DNA of 64,000 bases, from positions 2,528,001-2,592,000 of the forward strand of contig OY760686.1 in assembly GCA_963663865.1 (NCBI GenBank). The letters are read 5' to 3'. The position numbers and the translations under genes are program-made. Source of the stretch: Spirochaetota bacterium. GTDB taxonomy: Bacteria; Spirochaetota; UBA4802; UBA5550. This document shows, in pieces, positions 59,032 through 64,000 of the stretch. The notes beneath the pieces are model-generated. The model did no database searches and was not told the origin of the DNA. It saw only the letters and a list, made by a program, of their open reading frames with translations. Each line of letters begins with the position of its first letter. Position 1 is the first letter of the stretch.

Positions 59032-61775
59032 TTCTGGGCCCCCACTCCGGTCATCTGGATGGAGATGACCTTTGATACCCCTGGCTCCTCCATCGTCACA
59101 CCATAGATGGACTCACCGATGCTCATGCTCTTCTTGTTGTGAGTTACCATGACGAACTGCGTGCTTTTGGCAAACTCCCTGAGCATGCGCAGAAAGCGCC
59201 CGATGTTCTCCTCATCGAGAGGCGCGTCGATTTCGTCGAGGAAGCAGAACGGCGACGGCTTGACCATGTACGTCGCGAAAAGAAGCGCTATGGCTGTAAG
59301 CGCCCTCTCGCCTCCGGAGAGAAGATTTATATTCTTCGTCTTTTTCCCGGGAGGCCTGACAATGATGTCGATTCCGCTCTCAAGGATATTGTCCATGTCT
59401 GTCAGCTGAATAACCGCGTCTCCGCCTTCAAAGAGCTGTTTAAAAACCTGGGAAAAGTTCTTCTGTATTTCAACAAAGGTTTCCATGAACATGTCGACCG
59501 AGGTCTTGTTGATCTCCTCAATGACTGACATAATGTCTTCACGCGCCGACTCAATGTCCTTCTTCTGGTCAATATAGTACTCAAATCTCTTTTTCAGGTC
59601 ACGGAATTCCTCAATGGCAAGATTGTTGATGGGCCCCAGATCCTGTATAGACTTTTTAATAGAAGCGAGCTCGTTCTGAAGCTCTCCGGACTGCGACTCA
59701 AGCAGCTGCAGTTTTTTAAGCTCATCGGCCTTCTTCTCGTACTCGACCCAGAGATAATCTTCAATGCCCGACTTTTTAAAGGTGAGCTCGACTGATAGCT
59801 TTTCAAGCGAGCCTATCTTCTCGACAGCGGCAGCGAGGTCTTCTTCGTCCTTTCTCGATATCTGGCGGCGTTCATGAATCTTCTGCTCAATCTCCTGCCG
59901 TCTTTTTGTCAGGTCGGCAATTCCAGCAACGAGCGCCTTGCTCTTTTCGTTGAATTCGACGAGCTTGTTCTGCCACTCCTCTATCTCAGCCTGCATGGTT
60001 TTAATCTGTTTTTCAGACCTTTCAAGGTCCTCTTTATGGTTGTTGATCTGCATATTCAGGTCTTTGATCTGGAAGTTAAGGGTCTGAATATGCTTTTCTA
60101 TCCAGGCAATGTCATTTTCGTATTTCGAGAGGTCCTTTTCAATACGGGTAATCATCTCGTTAATATCTTCGAGCTCTTTCTGCGCGCTCTGTATCCCCTC
60201 TTCGAGAGAGGCTATCTCTCCTCGCATGGTTTCTATGGAATGGGAAGTATCTGCTATCTCCCTGTCAAGTCCCTGCTTGCGGGCGTGAATCCCCGTTTTG
60301 TCAAAAAGTATTGACCTGAAGCCGTCCTCATAGCTCTCAAACCTGTCAAGAAGAGTCCTGAAACGGTCAAAATCTGCCTCGGAAAGCCTCTCTGCAGCCT
60401 CAGCCGCGCTCCCTGACTGAAGAGCCCTGCGTGCTGACAGGACCGCTTCCTCCATGGCGCCGACACATGAGGCAATCTCGCTCTTCACCTGCTGCCTTTC
60501 GTCCTCAGAGCTCTGAAGCTCCTCTTTACGTCTGTCAATCGCGTCAATCAGCTCCCGGATAACAACCTCAAGCGCCTCTCGGAGCTTCTTCAGGGCCGCT
60601 TCGGCTTCGTGAATTTTGTGTCTGTTCTCGTCTATTCTGTCTCGCGAACTGTGAATAAAGGCAATCTTGTCCTTCCTCCTGGCGAAAAGCTCCTTCAGCC
60701 TTGCCCCGTCAGATTCTACCTTGTGCCTTATCTCCACCTCGGAGCGCTCTGTTTTCGCCTTCTCCTCAAGATGCCTTTTGAGGTTTTCCGTCCTCTCATG
60801 TATCTTCATGGAGATTGCTTTTCTGTGCTCCTCCTGGTCGGCTATCGACTTCCGGTTTTTCTCAGTCTTTTTGTCGATATCCTCAACCCTGAATTTGAAG
60901 GCGTCCAGCTTCTTGTCAAGCTCCCAGAGCTGATGCTGAATGTCGTTCTTCCGCTTCTCGTCCCGCTCATTGTCCTCTGAAACTGACGACACTCTCGCGG
61001 ATATCTCAGCCCTCTCCTTCTGCGTCTTCTCAATGTCAGCCAGCACCTTCTCAAGACGTCGCGATATGTCACGGAACTTCAGAATGTTGATCTTGATGTC
61101 TGCATCCTGGAATTTTTCACGCAGACCGAGATACACCTTCGTCTTCTCGGCCTGTTTCGCTTTTAATTCTTTTTCACGCTCAATCTCCCTTATAACGTCG
61201 TTGATACGCTTCAGGTTCTCGCCGGTCTCTTCAAGCTTCCTGACAGACTCCCTCTTCTGAAGCTTGTAGCGGGATATTCCGGCAGCCTCTTCAAAGATAT
61301 AGCGCCTGTCCTCAGCCCTCGTCGACAGTATGAGGTCCATCTTTCCCTGCTCGAGTACGGAGTACGCCGATTTCCCGATGCCCGTATCCATAAAGAGCTT
61401 ATCGAGATCCTTGAGCCTTACAGGTGAACGGTTGATCAGATACTCGCTCTCGCCGTCACGGAAAATACGCCGGCCGATGGTTACTGTTGACGAGTCTATA
61501 TCGAGAATATGGTCCGAGTTGTCAATAGTGACTGAAACCTCAGCAAGCGAGACGGGTTTTCTCTGCTCGGTCCCGGAGAAAATGACATCCTCCATCTTCT
61601 GACCGCGGATGTTCTTTGCCTGTTTTTCACCGACAACCCACTTTATGGCGTCAACAACATTGCTCTTGCCGCATCCGTTGGGACCCACAATGACTGTAAT
61701 GCCGGGTTCAAATTCGATAAGGGTCCTGTCCGCAAAGGACTTGAACCCGAAAAGCTCCATAGATTTTAGAAACAT
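59028..61775 (-). CDS. smc: Chromosome segregation protein SMC (short, 915 aa)
   Basis: FKSF, GPNGCGKSN, Q-loop EQG, FEEAAGI, PPGKK, LSGGE, FCFLDEID, VTHN; long coiled coils. Confidence 0.93.
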   Translation of the reverse strand: MFLKSMELFGFKSFADRTLIEFEPGITVIVGPNGCGKSNVVDAIKWVVGEKQAKNIRGQKMEDVIFSGTEQRKPVSLAEVSVTIDNSDHILDIDSSTVTIGRRIFRDGESEYLINRSPVRLKDLDKLFMDTGIGKSAYSVLEQGKMDLILSTRAEDRRYIFEEAAGISRYKLQKRESVRKLEETGENLKRINDVIREIEREKELKAKQAEKTKVYLGLREKFQDADIKINILKFRDISRRLEKVLADIEKTQKERAEISARVSSVSEDNERDEKRKNDIQHQLWELDKKLDAFKFRVEDIDKKTEKNRKSIADQEEHRKAISMKIHERTENLKRHLEEKAKTERSEVEIRHKVESDGARLKELFARRKDKIAFIHSSRDRIDENRHKIHEAEAALKKLREALEVVIRELIDAIDRRKEELQSSEDERQQVKSEIASCVGAMEEAVLSARRALQSGSAAEAAERLSEADFDRFRTLLDRFESYEDGFRSILFDKTGIHARKQGLDREIADTSHSIETMRGEIASLEEGIQSAQKELEDINEMITRIEKDLSKYENDIAWIEKHIQTLNFQIKDLNMQINNHKEDLERSEKQIKTMQAEIEEWQNKLVEFNEKSKALVAGIADLTKRRQEIEQKIHERRQISRKDEEDLAAAVEKIGSLEKLSVELTFKKSGIEDYLWVEYEKKADELKKLQLLESQSGELQNELASIKKSIQDLGPINNLAIEEFRDLKKRFEYYIDQKKDIESAREDIMSVIEEINKTSVDMFMETFVEIQKNFSQVFKQLFEGGDAVIQLTDMDNILESGIDIIVRPPGKKTKNINLLSGGERALTAIALLFATYMVKPSPFCFLDEIDAPLDEENIGRFLRMLREFAKSTQFVMVTHNKKSMSIGESIYGVTMEEPGVSKVISIQMTGVGAQK

Positions 61776-62241
61776 ATGCCAAACACCGCATCCGGTAATA
61801 TTTTTGTCAGCCGCATTGTGCTTTATTATTATTTACGGCAGGAAAAGTCAAAATCATATCAGCAACAACTTTCCGATACTGCATTCCCCGCTACAAAACG
61901 CCCTCAGTTGACGAAAAGGACTCATATAAGTGTTAAATTTGCACGGTTAGCCCGGGGAAGAGCAACACTCAATGATTACCTTTTCCACGGCGCTTTAAAG
62001 CAAGAAGAATTTGGAAGCCCGATAAATTTTTGGCCCCGTAAGGAGACATAATACAAAAAGAATGGAAGAACCGCGGTTTTTATCATGTTTTCTCTGTTTT
62101 TGCAACCCCGGAACAGCCCAAAAAAGCTGACTCGTATCCCGTAATCGCTCATGACCTGTTTCCGGAGAGGACACGCGATTCACGTCAAAATATTCTTGCT
62201 CTATACTGACATGGAGAGCATGCTGCGTAAAGGAGACAGTC

Positions 62242-62778
62242 ATGAACCTGAAAAAGTCAATATCCTCCCCCATGATATTTTTTTTACTGATAACGGGATG
62301 CGCCGGTCCGTCAGTCAGATACGGATCAAAGCCTTCAGCTGAAATAACTGTGAACAGCTCATCGCTGCCGCTCTGCGCGGACGAAATTGACAAAGAAACT
62401 ACATACGAGCTCTTCTTCAAACTGCAGCGCGCTGAAGACTGCATCGCGGTTGAAGGCTCGGCGGCATATCCGCCCGGGCCTTTCGGTGGCAGTCCCGACT
62501 CGGCTGTACTTCACTTCATCGTAGAAAAGCCGGTCGATATAAGCCCTTTCCCGGGAAAGACCGGTCAAATCTTCACAGAGCTGGGCAGAAACTTTGACAC
62601 GGCCTGGGAGACCCGCTCAACCGTTGAAATCTGTTCGTCGGCAGAGTTTCCACTCAGAAAGCTCGTTCCGGGCGTAAACTACCGCGTAAGGCTGACTACC
62701 TTCAGGAAAAGGCCGGCTGACTTCACCCTGAGCATCAAATCGTCCGGACCTGCTGAATTCATTACAGTCCCGCGATGA
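62242..62778 (+). CDS. Hypothetical lipoprotein
   Basis: Lipobox ITGC; AAGGAG RBS. Confidence 0.7.
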   Translation: MNLKKSISSPMIFFLLITGCAGPSVRYGSKPSAEITVNSSSLPLCADEIDKETTYELFFKLQRAEDCIAVEGSAAYPPGPFGGSPDSAVLHFIVEKPVDISPFPGKTGQIFTELGRNFDTAWETRSTVEICSSAEFPLRKLVPGVNYRVRLTTFRKRPADFTLSIKSSGPAEFITVPR

Positions 62779-62875
62779 AATGCTCGATAAAAATGTATTT
62801 GCTTTTTTTTTACTCTTTTTATAGACATACAGCTTCCGCATTTAGCGGATGACACTACAAACGGAGAGGTTAAAA

Positions 62876-63658
62876 ATGAAAACTACACTTAAGACAGCGC
62901 TTGCCTTATCAGCTGCTCTGAGCATCGCACTTTTTTCGGCTTCAAACGCGTCAGCCGAAGCATTCAAAAGCCCGAGTCTCGGCGGGGCCACAGGACTCAT
63001 AACTACTCCCACAGCGCATACCGGCTGGGAAGGCAACAGCCTCGCCCTTGATCTGGGATACGCGTACCTGGACGACCAGCAGGGAACACATATACCGAAA
63101 GCTACTCTGCAAATTTACGGCAAAGCTGAGATCGGATTCGCATATGACGCGCAGGACAGATATGACAATGATGAAGACATGCACATTCATGGTAAGTTTA
63201 ACTTCTATAACGGAGGTTCATCGGCGCTTGCAATCGGCGGAAATTTTCAGATGCTGAATAACGGCGACGAGGCAAGAGAAGACAACGCGTGGCAGCTTTA
63301 TCTTGCCGCAACTTATGGCGGAAACTTTTTTAACATGCCCGCGGAAACTACAATAGTTATTGGAAAAACCTTCGGTACTCCGGAAGATGATTCAGTTGAT
63401 TTCTCAATGGGATTTGACCTTCAGCTTTTCCCGAGCATTTTCAAGGGATATGTTCACTGGATCAACGATTTTTCAAACTATTCTTACAGCGCTGATCCTA
63501 TCGGATCAGATCCACACCGCGGTATTTTCAATACCGGCGCAAGAATCGCAATCCTCAAGACCAGCAGATATAAATGGAATGTTGATCTTCTCATGACAGA
63601 CGCGCTTGACGACAACCGCGACTGGGGACTTGGAACAGCATTCGGACTTGCTTTTTAA
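62876..63658 (+). CDS. Putative outer-membrane beta-barrel protein (YjbH-like N-terminal motif)
   Basis: Signal peptide; G.TGLITTPTA motif; strands ending in terminal Phe; GAGG RBS. Confidence 0.6.
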   Translation: MKTTLKTALALSAALSIALFSASNASAEAFKSPSLGGATGLITTPTAHTGWEGNSLALDLGYAYLDDQQGTHIPKATLQIYGKAEIGFAYDAQDRYDNDEDMHIHGKFNFYNGGSSALAIGGNFQMLNNGDEAREDNAWQLYLAATYGGNFFNMPAETTIVIGKTFGTPEDDSVDFSMGFDLQLFPSIFKGYVHWINDFSNYSYSADPIGSDPHRGIFNTGARIAILKTSRYKWNVDLLMTDALDDNRDWGLGTAFGLAF

Positions 63659-63672
63659 AACCTGGAATAGAC

Positions 63673-63692
63673 GGCGGAGCTTAAGCTCCGCC
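63673..63692. repeat. Perfect 20-bp palindrome between convergent genes (possible terminator hairpin)
   Basis: GGCGGAGCTTAAGCTCCGCC. Confidence 0.6.
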
Positions 63693-63779
63693 TGATAAAG
63701 CGGCAGAGTGCAAGATGAGGTCACAGTTGAGATGCGCAGTCAGATGAGAGATTGTTTTAATAAAATATCTTTTCCCATT

Positions 63780-64000
63780 TCAATGCCCCATAATTTGCAT
63801 GAAGTATTTATCGTATTCAGCTGAAATTCTCTCATGAGAAAACTTTTCGACCTCTATCATGGCTCTTCCGGCAAGCCTGTCAGCCAGTCTTTTATTTCCG
63901 AGCACATTTTCAAGAGCCCTGACAAGTTGATCAGTACTGTTTTCGGCAACAAGCAAACCACTAATTCCATCAGTTATTATTTCGTCAGGACCATGTGGAC
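63780..64000 (-). CDS. GT4 (GT-B) glycosyltransferase, C-terminal fragment cut by the window edge
   Basis: Manual translation PHGPDEIITDGISGLLVAENSTDQLVRALENVL..KFSHERISAEYDKYF..* matches the GT4 C-terminal pattern. Confidence 0.8.
   Translation of the reverse strand, partial: PHGPDEIITDGISGLLVAENSTDQLVRALENVLGNKRLADRLAGRAMIEVEKFSHERISAEYDKYFMQIMGH

Noticed and set aside
61995-62444. 149-aa minus-strand ORF
   Set aside because: Overlaps antisense the lipoprotein gene at 62242, which has a good RBS and lipobox; no motifs
1-64000. CRISPR array, tRNA/rRNA genes, IS elements or integrase
   Set aside because: No regularly spaced repeats, cloverleaf/T-loop contexts or transposase/recombinase motifs were seen

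Overview
Gene-dense bacterial chromosomal window, mostly ~45-50% GC by eye. It is most likely from a Leptospirales-like spirochaete (inference from the mfd-lipL31-like synteny, short SMC, GHKL-HDOD/Maf genes and many lipoproteins). 1-10.3 kb is a surface-glycan biosynthesis cluster (methyltransferases, acetyltransferase, beta-propeller glycosylase, WecE/RffA). It is interrupted by an ECF sigma / CsgG-fold anti-sigma / CsgG-fold beta-barrel operon and a divergent large surface protein. Housekeeping genes follow: zupT, fprA, fadL-like, pyrG, mfd, lolA, comEC, mntR-like, a standalone fusA, pcm, uvrA and smc. An AT-rich islet at ~51-52.6 kb holds an unannotated hicA with an amber stop at a conserved Trp, an extended hicB and a third gene. 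Other oddities are a minimal flagellin-like protein, an SMC with no recognisable hinge, a hyper-acidic Zn-ribbon protein coupled to uvrA and a catalytically dead CE7 esterase. No rRNA, tRNA, CRISPR array, integrase or transposase was seen. All family calls are by-eye motif recognition; no database searches were run.
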